This document shows, in pieces, positions 49,546 to 62,788 of a DNA stretch of 64,000 bases. Below the pieces are notes generated by a model. That model was not told the origin of the DNA and did not search any database. It worked only from the letters and a program-made list of their open reading frames with translations. A program made the position numbers and the translations under genes. How positions within the stretch are numbered: position 1 is the stretch's first letter; each line of letters opens with the position of its first letter. Source of the DNA: Octopus bimaculoides (lineage: Eukaryota); the NCBI RefSeq assembly GCF_001194135.2, contig NC_068981.1, positions 51,388,535 to 51,452,534 of the forward strand, given 5' to 3'.

Positions 49546-49954
49546 TCTGACCTATACTGACCGTGCATATTGATGTTCAAGAAGTTTATATTGCGATTTA
49601 TAAGTGTCTGAAATGAAAATTGGAGATCTCTATTAATGTATGAGAAATTCTCTATTATTAAAAGCTCCGTATCTCTTATCATTGGCGGAGAAAATATCAT
49701 GTACCCAACAATCACTTTTATTCAAAATATCAAGACTAAAGTTTGAAGCGGGAGCAGCGTTGAGAAGCAATCATGATAATCGTGACAGCGGTAACACTAA
49801 ATCTGGTTTGTGAACAGAAAATCTGCCTTATCAAAGCAAAAGAGTAACTTTTTGCTTTTTGTTCGGAGAAATATAATAACAAATGCTTCCGTATTAACGC
49901 TGGCGACGCCATTAATTTTATGGTACAGCTCAGATACGGTGCAGAAAACGTTTC

Positions 49955-50240
49955 CAGTGTTAACAACAAGAACAGCAACAACAGCAGCATCAACAGTGAC
50001 AACAAGAATGAAAACAAAAAGAATAGTAATGCAATGAAAGATGGAACAGATAAAAAAAATGTTAACATCGACAAGACCAGAAAAAGGTTGAAATGTCAAT
50101 GCAAAGTTGAACGAAATAACTGACACCAACTTCATCATGATGAGCAACAGCAACAATAACAAATACGAAAAACAAACTACCAAAAAATACCAAAAGTAGT
50201 GATAGCAATAAAACAATAAAAAAGAAGATAACGCCAACAG
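49955..50240. repeat. AAC/AGC-rich low-complexity tract
   Basis: Seen directly. Confidence 0.8.
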
Positions 50241-50979
50241 CATTCACAGTAGTACATAAAAAATAAAAACATCAATAAATGAAGCAAGATTGCAAGAGCC
50301 ACCAACATATGGATTAGATGCTATCTTCATTTCAAAGCCAAAGATATATTTTGAATGAAGTTCTATGTAGGACGGCCTGAAGTTATAATGCTTCTGGAAG
50401 ACGATTTCTGTAGTTCGCGAAGTAAAACAGTTAAATCTTTTCCCCAGCGCTAGAAGAAGAGTAACTGGAAAGTGGGTCATGTAATATATTATATTTCTGG
50501 AAATGGAAACATGGACCACTGGAAAATTTGCTTTAAAATGTGAAGAAAGTGAGACTGCACTTCAGAAACCGTGTTTTGGAGAAATCCCCAAATCCTAAAT
50601 CTAGGGATAGTCGTCCTTTCATATAGAGTGCTGATAAAGTTCAGTCAGCGGACCTTGGTAGTGATACTGCATGATGGAAGGCGCATGGACCTTTTCTTTG
50701 GTCAGATTTAAAATATAATAGAATTTTGTCTTGATGCGGCTAAAAGCAAGAAAGTTCTTCAATCTTCGAATGTTTTGTAGGGTTAAACTAAACTAAGGGA
50801 AGGCTGTGAACGTAATATATCTACCAAACAAAGACGAACAACATAATTAACACAAACACACAGAGTCTAGAAAGAAATGATCAACAACAAAACCAACAAA
50901 CCCAGAACAGGGATAGCAACAACAAAGACAAGAACAAGAAAAACAACACTCTTCTTGAAAAAAAAACAGATTTGACGGA

Positions 50980-52300
50980 TTTCTTAAAATAGAAGTGATA
51001 GAAACGTTTCTACTTAAAAGTGAAAATGACATCTTCATTAAGGCATAGAACTACGCGGGGCAAATTCCCAAGGAAGTGTCGGTTGTCAAGAGAGATTGTT
51101 AAGAGAGACTGTAGGCTGCAGAATGTTAGAAAGGTCCTGTAGAGAACGAAGATCACAAACACATAACGTAAGTTCAGTAATTTCTTCACATCATATGCTA
51201 ATCCGTTGAATTTGGGATACGTGAATAACGATGTATGTCATGGTGGGTCACTTTATATATTATTTCTAAGTCTCATGCTTTAGTGCTCCGTCTGATTGAC
51301 TACGAGGTTTGCGCATCCTGCACTGGAACCAGACCTTGTGAGATGCTCTTATTTTTCCAGAAACATCTACATCACTATATAAAAAGTTTCCTTTACTTGT
51401 ATGCGTTCTGCCTAAAGATTTGTCATCGTCTATTCCTAGATAGAGCTCGGACCAGCAGATATTTTAAGGCATCTGGAAAGTCTCATAGGATCATTACATC
51501 CTGATTAGAACTGTACAGACGCTAAAATTATGTACGCGTACCTGACATGGCTTTGTGTTTCTTACTTTGTAGTTGTTTCCCAACTACCAATGGGCTTAAG
51601 CAAACCTCAGTAGGTCTTAAAGTTGTATTCATATAGAACTTTTATTAGCCTAGCAGAAAGAAACAGTGTAAGACGTCTACAATTTAACATACTTAGCTAG
51701 AAAAACTAGATGAAATGTTATCCAGCATAAAACTACCCAGAAAGGGACATGAGTACTGAACTCTCAATGTTATTTAAGGCAAGAAGTTTAAAGTGACTGG
51801 TATAGCAAGCTACCTAAGAGGGAATTGGAGACAATCATCAAGGACATGTGGTATACCATATTAAAGAGTAAAATTAGAACAAAATTTCCTAGTTTTATTA
51901 CAGATGTAGCTTTAAAGAACAATATATTGGAGAAAGTGTTAAACGATTACCCGAAAAGCCTATTAGAAAGTAAAAGAGTACGAAGTGTAAGCAATAAAAA
52001 TACTCCTAGACAATTTCTTCGATGTCAAACAAGAAAATTATGTTGTCCGAGAAAAGATGCACGTTGACACAAAAGAACGACAGGTTTTCAATGGACCCGG
52101 TTGTCGCGAGTGGAAAGTGGCAACAAAAGTATATTTTCGTTCTTCAGAGACCGCGTACTAAATTATTGCAAGCGGGTGATTTTTATCTTTGGCCAGACTT
52201 TATCAAACTGTTGGCAACTCGCGAAGAGGCTGTCGCTTGTAGTCGACTAATCCTTATCTCAAAACTTACTGAAAAAATTGTATAAATTAAAGACATCTGA
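50980..52300 (+). mobile_element. Highly decayed LINE sequence, probably L1/Tx1-type, upstream of the RT piece
   Basis: Coding-like composition with broken frames adjoining the clear Tx1 RT; no single diagnostic motif is intact. Confidence 0.35.
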
Positions 52301-52649
52301 GCTGAGGAAAGAGAAAAATAGGAGAATTATATCCTGTAATTAACAGATACGTTTATTCAGTCGCAGGCAAAATTAATTTTATCATTGACCCTCGGTGTCT
52401 TCATAACAAAATCCATACCTAGACTAAAATTACATTTACGCATCCGTTGCAGATAGATGCTGTTTATTTTGTTTTTAATTCCCTCCCTCTTTTTAAATAC
52501 TTTACTGAAAACATTCATGCATCGAATTCGAGGGTAGTGGTCATCATCATTATCATCATCATCATCATCATTACCATCATCACCACTACCATTATTCTGA
52601 AATACGGCAGGCAGTCAGTGATAGCACAAGTTGTAAATCGCCTGAGTTG

Positions 52650-53660
52650 GATGGTCTCCCCTACTAGATTGACATTTGTCAAATATTTGCAATCCCGAAC
52701 ATGTATATCCACGGCAACTTCAATCTTACGCGGTACATCGTAGAGAGGGCTGGAACTAAAGCTGGCTTTGGTGGGGATCTGATTAATTTGGATCAATCCA
52801 AAGCGTTCGATAGAGTCAACCATCGCAACTTGAAAACTCTCCTGAAGGCGGTCAGTTTTGGACCCGTTTTCAGAGGCTGGATCAATGCAATACACAGCAA
52901 CATCCGCTCAATAGTGAAATTAAATGACCACCTATCGGAAACGTTTCATATCGCACGCTCGTTCCGTCAGATTTTCTCCCTGTCGCCTCTTCTGTACGTG
53001 CTGGCTCTCGAGACACCGCTACAGAAATTGGAACAGTTGAGGTGCATCCCGTTTGAACTGGAACACGAGATGGCCATGTCGGCGTACGCGGCTGAAGTCA
53101 CCGTCATGGTGTCTAATGCCTCCGAAGTGGAGACGGCAGGCACGATTTTAAAGGAATTTGAGTCGGTTGCAAGGGCCAAAATTAACGCCAAGTCGGTGGA
53201 CTTATCAACGGAGTTCGTAGTAAAGATTACCCTGCCGCCTTCCATTATTCGGGCAGGTAAGGCAGTTTTCCTTGCCTGGTGGCAGTGGTGAAAGACGCTG
53301 TCTGGTGGACGAGGTTGAAAGGCATGATAACATAGACATTTTTCATTGGTAGAGCACTCGTCGAGTTCTTCAAGTTACACTTGAAGATAAAAGGGAAGTG
53401 CTGTCCTTGAGTCAATTTATTGAAATGTAAGTGAATCGCTAAAATGGCAAAAATGGATGATACGACTCTAAGTAGAGAGTTGTGAATCGGAGAACATGAA
53501 TTGGAGAGAGCACTTGCCCTTGGTGTGAAGTGAGATGTTGGATGGTGGGGTTCCCCGTCTATCCCTAAATGTCCTCTTTTTTTGTCCAACTTTCTTTCTT
53601 TGTACTGTTGTATATTGTGTATTATACATTTTATCTTAGTGTACACTGTGTAAACGTCTT
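52650..53660 (+). mobile_element. L1/Tx1-clade LINE RT fragment with internal deletion and 3' end
   Basis: ORF 52701-53291: LINLDQSKAFDRVNH, FGPVFRGWI, RSFRQ..LSPLLYVLALE, SAYAAEVT (YADD-like), AKINAKS, typical of Tx1/L1 RT; it then jumps to C-terminal sequence. Confidence 0.9.
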
Positions 53661-53704
53661 ATATATATATACTTTTTGTCATTTCATTTTATGTAAACGC
53701 TAAG

Positions 53705-53860
53705 AAGGCCGGACGAAATGTTTAAAGGCATTTCGTCGTTCGTTACGTTCTGCGTTCAAATTCCGCCGAGAGACGCCTTTACCTTTCAGCCTTTCGGGGT
53801 CAATTAAGTATCAGTTGATACAGGGGTCGATGACATCGACTTAGTACCCCTACCTTCGGG
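53705..53860 (+). mobile_element. SINE family B copy
   Basis: cggacgaaatg..ggcatttcgtc..gttcaaattccgccgag..cctttcggggtc. Confidence 0.85.
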
Positions 53861-54391
53861 AGACTGCTGTTTGGTATTTGCCATGCTGTTTGGTATTTGC
53901 TATGGTATTCAGTTGGTCTTGTATTGGGTTCCGTTTTTACAGCTTTTACTTTTTTAACTGAAAACCTCCCATGAACGTGTGTTGTTCTTTCGTAGTTATA
54001 ATTATAATTATTATCATTATTGATGTATCAGTGGGAGACCGAACAGAAATAACAATGTGCATATATACAGAGGTCTTGTATAAATATCGCTGCATATGTA
54101 ATCAAAAGGTAGAATTTAAAATCTTACTCACAGGCTTTCAGTTTTCGTACAGAAATGTGTTTACATTTTTACGCACACGTTGCTCTAACGGTTCATTTGG
54201 GAGAGGTTTTTTTTTATATACATATACTCCATATAACCAAAATCTTTCAGTTTCCTGAGATGGATTACATTTTGATATAGTTTTCTGTCATTGATTTTGC
54301 AGATTCTTAATTTCTGTTTCATGATGGTTTCAGATATGATCTGTCTTCCCAGCAGCTCGCAGTCACACGTTATTTGGTATTCGTTGTGGTA

Positions 54392-54393
<2 letters not shown>

Positions 54394-54467
<74 letters not shown>

Positions 54468-54483
54468 TATTATTATTATTATT
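54394..54483. repeat. (ATT)n microsatellite at Dong 3' end
   Basis: Seen directly. Confidence 0.97.
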
Positions 54484-55652
54484 TTCTCTTTATCGCAGAT
54501 TTAATTGGAGCTCCTGGAGTCTTGCATGCGTAGCGGGCTTACTATCTGCAGCCTACGGCACCATGCTATTCGTTCTTTTCAGCTATCTAATACTTTCCCG
54601 ATTATTCTGGCCGTGCCAAAACGGAAAACGTTTTGTAACAGTTCTACTGGGCACTCTATTCCAATTTCCTTTATATACGCCTTGATGCCTTCTGGTACTA
54701 TTCCCAAAGACCCAGCAATAATTGGCACCATCTTCACCTTCTTCATTTTCCACAGCCGGGCTATTTCGTACTTAAGATGGTTGTATTTATCGATCTTTTT
54801 CGCCTTCCTTCTTGACTATTCGTGAGTCAAAGTATGCAACGTCAACTACATAGCATATATGGTACATCTTGTCTACCACCACTAGGTCTGGTCTGTTATT
54901 CTCTAACACCTGATCTGTTTGGACTGGGAAATCCCAGAGGACTTTGCTAATCTCCATGTCTACCGTTTTCTGCGGACTGTGCTTATACCATAACTTACCT
55001 ATCTCTAACCCCAACTTTTCGCAGTTTCCAATGTGACACTTTCACTACATGGTCGTATTGCCACATAGTAGTTTTGGGGCATTCGTTTGTGATATGGGCA
55101 ATGGTTTCATCAACTCTATTGCCGATGCGGCACAGCCTATTTCTATTAGTTTTGTAGTATTTGCAGAGGATAAATGTCTAAATTTTTCTACTAGATATTG
55201 GTTTGGGAAAATTTGGTTTCATTATTCTTCGGGTGTTTTTGCAGAGTCTCTCATAATTTCATTGATTAACTGGACTAAATTTTCGTGTACGTACGGGAGC
55301 GAGGCAAGCCAGAAATTTGGCATCCTATCATTACCAGGAGATTTCCACTTATGAGCATTTGTGAGTGTCATCCTTAGATCTACTATTGTGATGTCTTCTC
55401 ATACTTGTTCTGGTAAGTTTGGTAGGATCCTTCTGTGTGTCTAATCCAGTCGACATTTTCATCGTAATTCTTTTCATTACTCCAGATATTTTTCCAGATG
55501 TTTTCAACTTCATCCAGGACAGGGAGTGGTCTTCAATGGTTATTTTCTCTTTCCCTATTTCTCAGTAGTCTGTTTCCTCATTGGATATAAACAGCTTATT
55601 TTGTTTGTAAAATGTTTCTCTTCTCAAATCTACGCATCCTTTGAGATTTTTT
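54484..55652 (-). mobile_element. Internally deleted R4/Dong-type element (pre-RT region, foreign 66-bp patch, zinc knuckle/RLE, 3' UTR)
   Basis: WKSPGNDRMPNFWL and NETK.PK (pre-RT), then CRIGNRVDETIAHITNECPK, ORF 54787-55014 (WYKHSPQ..LWDFPVQTDQVLENNRPDLVVVDK), VPIIAGSLG; (TAA)n on both sides of the sense strand. Confidence 0.9.
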
Positions 55653-55699
55653 TTATTATTATAATTATAATTATTATTATTATTATTATTATTATTATT
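55653..55699. repeat. (TTA)n microsatellite at Dong 5' junction
   Basis: Seen directly. Confidence 0.95.
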
Positions 55700-55810
55700 G
55701 TATTTTTGACTGTTGTATTTGTACGCGTTGGCTCCAAGACTCACCCAGAGACCTCAAGAGACAACGAGACACTAATCAAGTACACGGGGCTATGTAAATG
55801 ACTAGACTCT
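55700..55810 (-). mobile_element. Probable 3' UTR stub of another Dong-type copy
   Basis: Minus strand gtctcttgaggtctctgggtgagtcttggagccaac...caaaaatac runs directly into (AAT)n as the other Dong 3' ends do; no coding evidence. Confidence 0.4.
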
Positions 55811-55837
55811 GCCCCTGAAAACTGTGTAAAAAGTAGA

Positions 55838-55893
<56 letters not shown>
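55838..55893. repeat. (TAG)n microsatellite
   Basis: Seen directly. Confidence 0.97.
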
Positions 55894-56167
55894 ATGAACA
55901 TTACCTAACATCTATTTAGGGTAAGATAAAAGCACACTAGTCAAGAATTAGAGCCGTACATGTTTCTAAAAGCTGAATTAGTTACTAACAGGATATTTGC
56001 ATTAAAGTAAAAACGATTTCTAAGACACCATATCTCATTGAATTGATGTTTTCATAGAAACGTGATCAAATGAATAACAGCTGGAAGCTATTTACCAAAG
56101 TGTGCAGTTAATGTGTGCGCATATACATACACACATACATATATATATATATAGATATGTATGTATC

Positions 56168-56225
<58 letters not shown>

Positions 56226-57808
56226 TATACACATGTGTTCTATACTTTACACATCCCAAAAATATTTGTAGATATAAAGAAACGACTACGTCAAATAATC
56301 AAGAGGTTTACCAATATGGCTTTTGAGATGCTAGCGTGCTGTACATTTTCTTAAAATTGACCTGGATTAGTCAGTAATTCTTCATGCAAAAATACATTCT
56401 GCGGTATAGGTGGACTAGATAACAATAAGTTCAATGTATTGGCTTTAGACACCTTTGCTGTAACGGAATACAGAAAATTACTGCTTCATATTGCCGACTG
56501 ACGAATATGTTATTAATTCAGGCAACCAGAGCACTCAGTATGTGGAAAATAGAATAAATTGTAGATAAGTTTTTATTATTGACTGACGGAAACACTTTAT
56601 TTTAGCTGGCTAGGCAAATTTCCTGCTCTCTCGAATATACTGAACAGTTGTTAAATTGCCCGGATTATGAGAATTACTGGAAGGTAATTGTAAAAATATT
56701 ACATGTAAAATGCATTTTAAAAGTATTGTTTTTCTATTGGTGTCTTACTATTCCCACTAAGTGTCTTATTCTTATGACTGCAGTTATAATAGAATCTGAT
56801 ATACGAAGCCAGATCTTCTGAATTTCATCAATATGTTTTTGAAATCTATTTATTATCTAATGCAATACGACATCTTTCAAAGAACTTAACGCGTCACTCT
56901 GTAGTTTATTGAAACATTGTTGAGTATTTTGTCGAAATACAGAGGCGAAACAGAAGATGTAGCTTTGCTGGTTGAAGATCAATAGAAAAAAAATATATAT
57001 TGTCAACAGGCATACACATAAAGATACATATATACACATTATTATATTTACCTGTCATGTGTTGTTAAATCAAAGTTTATGGAAACAAGAGAGAATTTTG
57101 AAAATTTTCTGAAGCAAATATATAGTTGGTCGATATTGTAGGATGGTAAAATAAGCTAATAATATATATATCAAAACAACTAAATAGAAAATGTGTGATG
57201 TTCTAGGGTAAATTATTCACCCATATTTCAAGTCGAATGACAAGTTGAATGTAGCATCTCTCAAGCATTGTACAGAAAATGTTACTTCAGGCAGTGTTTC
57301 TTATTAACTGATCTATAGGCGAATTGACAATTGAAGCGACCAATATTATTGCATTTTGGATCTGTTGCTCGAATGGTAAACGGTTTTTCTGGCAAAGAGC
57401 AAATCGGAAATTTAATTTTGGCTTAAATCAAAGTGAATGAATGATGATGCTATTATCTCGCAGAAATATCTCTTCACCCAATCCTGTAAGTCGATTAGTA
57501 TTTCTGCTCGAATGTAAATAGTATTAAATAAGTGACAAATGTGTGAAAACTTTTAGTATAGCAGTAAAGCTTGTTCCTTGATAAAATAAAGAGATAAATT
57601 GCATCTTTTATGTATGTATCTGTATGAATATATATCATATAACGCGTGCGCGAACTTATACTCCCACACATGGACACAAAACACGCAATTTATTATATTA
57701 TATCATGTGTGTGTATATATATGTATGTGTGTGAGTGTGTGTATGTATGCATGTATGTATGTATGAATGTATATATATATATATATACACACATGATANN
57801 NNNNNNNN

Positions 57809-57841
<33 letters not shown>

Positions 57842-57999
57842 AGGCACACACATTTACATATAGAAACACATATATACATACCTGTGTGTATGTGTCTCTG
57901 TGTGTGTGTGTGCGAGAGTGTGTGTGTGTGTGTGTGTGCGTGTGCAAACGGGCGCGCGTATGTGTGCGCGTGTGTGCGTGCGTTTATTCTTCCTATTAT

Positions 58000-59360
58000 T
58001 TTAATGATTTATCTTTGTTAATAAAAAGATTTCATATTTTCTTATTAGACCTTTTATATTTCTTTGGGGCAAATACAGTTCTTAAGTGTATCGACGTTTC
58101 TACAACTTCCAAGTGTCGTCTTTTGGAAGAAATGTTCTGTGAGTGGCGGTTTTTATTGCCGTTTAATGAGAATGATGTTGAAACTTTTTACCGTTAACGT
58201 CAGTTTACTTTCAGTCTAGTGCTAGATTGTTGCTAGGCTGTTATCACTGTTTTAGGTTTTGCCTTATGCTTTGCTATTTATATAATTTCCATGACGAATG
58301 GGAATTCCATGTAACACATTTACATTCTCAACAATTTTGTTTTCTATCTGGTTATTTATTTAGCCCCAGGTCAGCAATACCTGAACGAAGGTATTTCATC
58401 TAGCATCGATTAGTATTATATAATGGAAGGTTTGGTTGTAAATATGGTTTCTTTCAAATAATACTTTGCTGATATAATATATTAATGCTAGGTTACGGTT
58501 GATTCTAAGGCTTTTTTGTTTAGTCTTATGAATGTTCCTATCGCGTGAACATCTACTGCATTGTACGAATAGTTGCGCTCACAATACGTTATACTGACAT
58601 TCATGGTGAAATGAACACTTATAACGATGCAACCTGCTGATTATTACAACATTCTCATTTTGTTATAGCAAGGGTGAGTGCTTATCTTCGTAAATGTTCA
58701 GATGTTGATCGGAAGAGAACCCTAGTAATGTGTTCGACACACGGATATGACAAAAAATATGAAGCTGATGGTAATGTCTAGAAAGAGTTGTTATAGTGAA
58801 GTTGTTATATATGTGGATGCATTGATGTAGCTGGTTAAGCGTTTAAAATTAGTTTGATTATGTTAAGCCGATATAATTTTATACCGGAATTGTTGGTGCG
58901 CACTATTAGGGCGGTCGGTGAAGTAAGTGGTTGTAAAATATATAGGATTGTTTTATAAAAGATTCAAACAGTTGTTTCTAGTTTGAATGTTTTAATATCT
59001 TTTATGGTGCGTATTGCTTGAGTGAAGTCTGTGATAATTGTGTAAAAGACACGTGAATGTATGAATTTTAGTAAACCTTCCTCAATATCTGGTTTGTTGT
59101 AAAGTGATCTGATTAAGGATTTTAATGGACTTAACTAATTTAGAGTTGAAGTTATGTGTCTTGTGTTGTTGAAATTCAATGTCCTGTGCGATGATTAAAT
59201 TTGTTTCCCTTCCTGGAAAATGGAAGGTTTTTTTTCAGTAAAAATGTTTACATCGATACTGTTATATTGCAATGTGTTTAACTACTTGTATTTCGTGACT
59301 GGTTTGCATTTTTATAATCTTGGGGATTGAGTTATTACTTGTAATATTATATCAGGCAAG
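58000..59360 (-). mobile_element. Very decayed LINE APE-endonuclease-like region
   Basis: Faint PDII.LQ, DF.. and SD.H-like remnants on the minus strand; many stops. Confidence 0.3.
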
Positions 59361-59499
59361 ATCATTGTTGCAGCTCTAAGCCCTCCACAGACAAATAACT
59401 GTTAAACCGAGCTTTAACAGTTCGGCATTGTGTGTGTGTGTGTGTTTTGTGTGTGTGTGTACTTGTGATTTAGGAACACGGCAAATAGTGTTATAATAT

Positions 59500-61150
59500 T
59501 TATAGGACAGAAATGAAGTTGATGCAGCCATCGGCAATCTTCAAAAAGAACAATTCAGAGTAGAGTACTTCAATCAACTTCTATGGCTCATACTGTTTTA
59601 AATAGCCCTTTGAGATATTACTTTGAGTATCACAGCAGCTACACTAACTGGCAATTATACAATCAATATTTCTGATATTATAACCCACAGAAAGTTAGCA
59701 TTGTCGTAAACAGGCAGACTAATGAAAACTACATGCAATTATATTCCGTGGAGCTTCATACGCTTCCCTCACAGCTTTCTCGCTCATTGAAACCTAGATA
59801 CACAGATTAAAATCTCAGAGAATTGCAATAAGTTTCGGAAGCTACAAATAAGATAGGAGGTTTACGCATATTCTAATAAACCTGTTATGGCATGTAGACG
59901 GAAGCAGGTTGCAAGTTGAGAATATTTATAACAAGATTATTTATTCATAATTTCGATGGCTTTGTTGAAGACATTTATTCTCTACTGCCAGGACAACGAT
60001 CGCCGCATTTTTAAATGAACAAACCACTGAGACAAGACGACTTTATTACAGTTTATAAGATTTAAGAAGAAAATAATTATGTACTAACTAAAACAGGACA
60101 AATCAGTAAAGGAAGATGTGCTCCCACAGAGTGTGCTAAAATCCAACTGTCTTAAACACTTTAGTTTTATGAATGGTCTGAAGGAAATTTAATGTGGCAC
60201 CAAACATCGTTATTCAATGAATGCCTTAATCTGAGCTTTATTTTGGCTCGTGCCACATTCACTCCATCTTTATCTATTAAGGCAACGACAGATCATTTCC
60301 TGCAGAGGAGATTGATAATACCAAAACATTTTCACACTTACCAAATATGAAGACAATCAGCGTTTCATGAACATGGATATTCAAGTAAACTAAAAATATC
60401 ATTGTTGTCAAACAGTTCAGTTGATATATTCTAAATTATTTGAGTTGAAATGTAGAATATAAATGAATCCAAGTCGAGCTGATGCTGCGGGATTTCAAAG
60501 AAACTATTCAGTATTTACTTTCTTGAACAATGACCAATGCTGTTGCAAATTCAGAATCGGATGTGATACCTCTAAGGATGGAAAATACATGAAGATGATG
60601 CATTTAGTCGGAAATAATTCAACTGTTGTTGCAGTTTCACTTCAATCCATACGGATGTTTTCATGTTTTATGTTTCTATATTTTCATTTTCGTCCAATTT
60701 CTTCTACTCCAAGGGAAATAAATTTATCTCTTAAAATATCTGGCAACAATGAAGTAACATAAACAAAAATACCTATTGTTCTTCTTACAAAATGCCAGAA
60801 AACAGAAAAGCTATCACATGATTGTGCTTATTACATGGACCTGCCAAAAATGAAACAAGAATTGACCAACTGCATGAATCACCTCACATAAAAAGACACG
60901 TGAAACATTCGTTTTTGCTGTTAATACGATAAATAGGCACGGTTCTGTGAAATATAACCAAATTTATAAACCAATATCTAGTAGAAAAACTTAGACATTT
61001 ATCCTCTGCAAATACTACAAAACTAATAGAAATTGGCGAATTTCCAATGAAAGGTTGAAATACTTGTTGTTATGTACGTATATGATATAGCGAAGCACAA
61101 AACTAATTACATGGCAATATTTCAGAGATACACATCTCTTGCAGACTCAA
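59500..61150 (+). mobile_element. Very decayed RTE-like LINE
   Basis: C-terminal remnant HGS....KT*TFI...W.RISNERL resembles the RTE YGSE.W...KL.TF...CLR.I..W..ISNE.L motif; upstream portion is only weakly recognisable. Confidence 0.4.
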
Positions 61151-61179
61151 ATAGGCTTATCAATATCATTATGATCACA

Positions 61180-61680
61180 TGACTATCATCATGTTTTCAA
61201 TAGTTATGTACCCTTTGTTATTTGCAACACCACGCGTATATCCGTATTATTGTAGTGCATGCAACATTGATAGTTTATGGTTCAAAGTAGTGTTGAGGTT
61301 CATACTTTCATGTTTTGTCTATTTGAACAGAATATGTTCGATGAAAATAAAGTTATTTTGTTCAGCATGTTTCCATACGTCTTGTGAGATCAGGTATGTA
61401 TTTTTTTACGTATCGAGTGGTGATTGGGTGGAGTGTATATTACCTGAGTGGGATGGATTTTGCCGTATAAGTAGGTGGCACATATGCATTTGAGTTCTTG
61501 GATGTGATATTGTATAAGGGGCTCACTGTGTATGTCTATATATCATTTTATGGATGATTGTGTAGAGCATGGGCTATATTTTATCTGGTGATAATTATTA
61601 GCTGTATATGCTGCGTGCATTTTTCGCATAGTGTACCGTATGAAATGTGCTATTGAATGGAAAATATCTTATATGAGATG
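61180..61680 (-). mobile_element. Very decayed LINE RT fragment
   Basis: Minus-strand remnants resembling S.LSPLLYNI and YADD regions; frames broken. Confidence 0.3.
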
Positions 61681-62658
61681 AGGGAGTGCCCATAATATAT
61701 ATTTGAGAGTTCTGGTGTGTTTGTATACTGCTTACCTATACTTCTTAACAACTACTCCGATTTACTTTTGCTTACTTCTACACTCTTCATCTCGTATGAT
61801 TATCGGCCTTGTTAGAGTCTCTTACCAAACTTTAACGTGCGCTTCAATGCCCCACCACCATTTTAACTTAGTTTTTAACGTTTGGAAGAATTTCTCTTAA
61901 TCTTTTCTCCACACAAATAGAGAATTTCTTCTTTTCTGTTTCTTTTTCTTTTTTTTTTTGTAAATCTTGAGATCTTTGAAAAGAAAAGAGAGACGCTTTG
62001 TTTGTAGTATTCTTTTGAAGCTCACGGATCTCCGGAAATTATACATATGTAGAATATATAGACGTAGAATATATAGGCGTAGAATATATATGTATGCGTG
62101 TTTGTATGTGCGTTTGTCATTGTCATACACATATATATATATATATATATACGTATCTATGATATGCATTTATATATATATATATNNNNNNNNNNNNNNN
62201 NNNNNNNNNNNNNNNNNNNNNNNNNNNNNNNNNNNNNNNNNNNNNNNNNNNNNNNNNNNNNNNNNNNNNNNNNNNNNNNNNNNNNNNNNTCCATCACGAA
62301 ATCTACATCTTTTTTTTTTAAAGAAAAAACACCACGTATCAGAGTTTTGTTAAATAAAAACTACTTCAAAATATCGCTTTAATTGATTGTAATTCTTGAT
62401 AACATAAATTAACTGAGGCTAACACAATTTGTGAGTGATGTAAATTACAGCTGAAATCTTTTTGTATTCAATAGACTTTAACCTTTCATTTGTGGGTCCG
62501 TTAATTGAGTCTATTGACCGTATTCTTAGATTTGACATTCGTCATATAAGTACTCAGTTCTCAACTTCATAAATAAGTTCAAGGCATGCGATTACATTCA
62601 TACATACACACAGAGAAAACCATACGCATGCACACACACGCGCGCCCATCATATACAT

Positions 62659-62702
<44 letters not shown>

Positions 62703-62704
<2 letters not shown>

Positions 62705-62788
62705 GAGAATATACAAATAATAACAACAGACGAGGACAGGTGGTATAAATAACAAAAGTATATATTAGTATGACGCTCGGGAATACGG
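62703..62788 (-). mobile_element. Second copy of the Penelope-like 3' remnant, cut off by a gap
   Basis: Reverse complement ttcccgagcgtcatactaata..accacctgtcctcgtc..attctccc matches 12936-13018. Confidence 0.7.

Noticed and set aside
53865-62093. Small tandem duplications (19 bp x2 at 53865, 15 bp x3 at 62049)
   Set aside because: Ordinary slippage products with no further structure.
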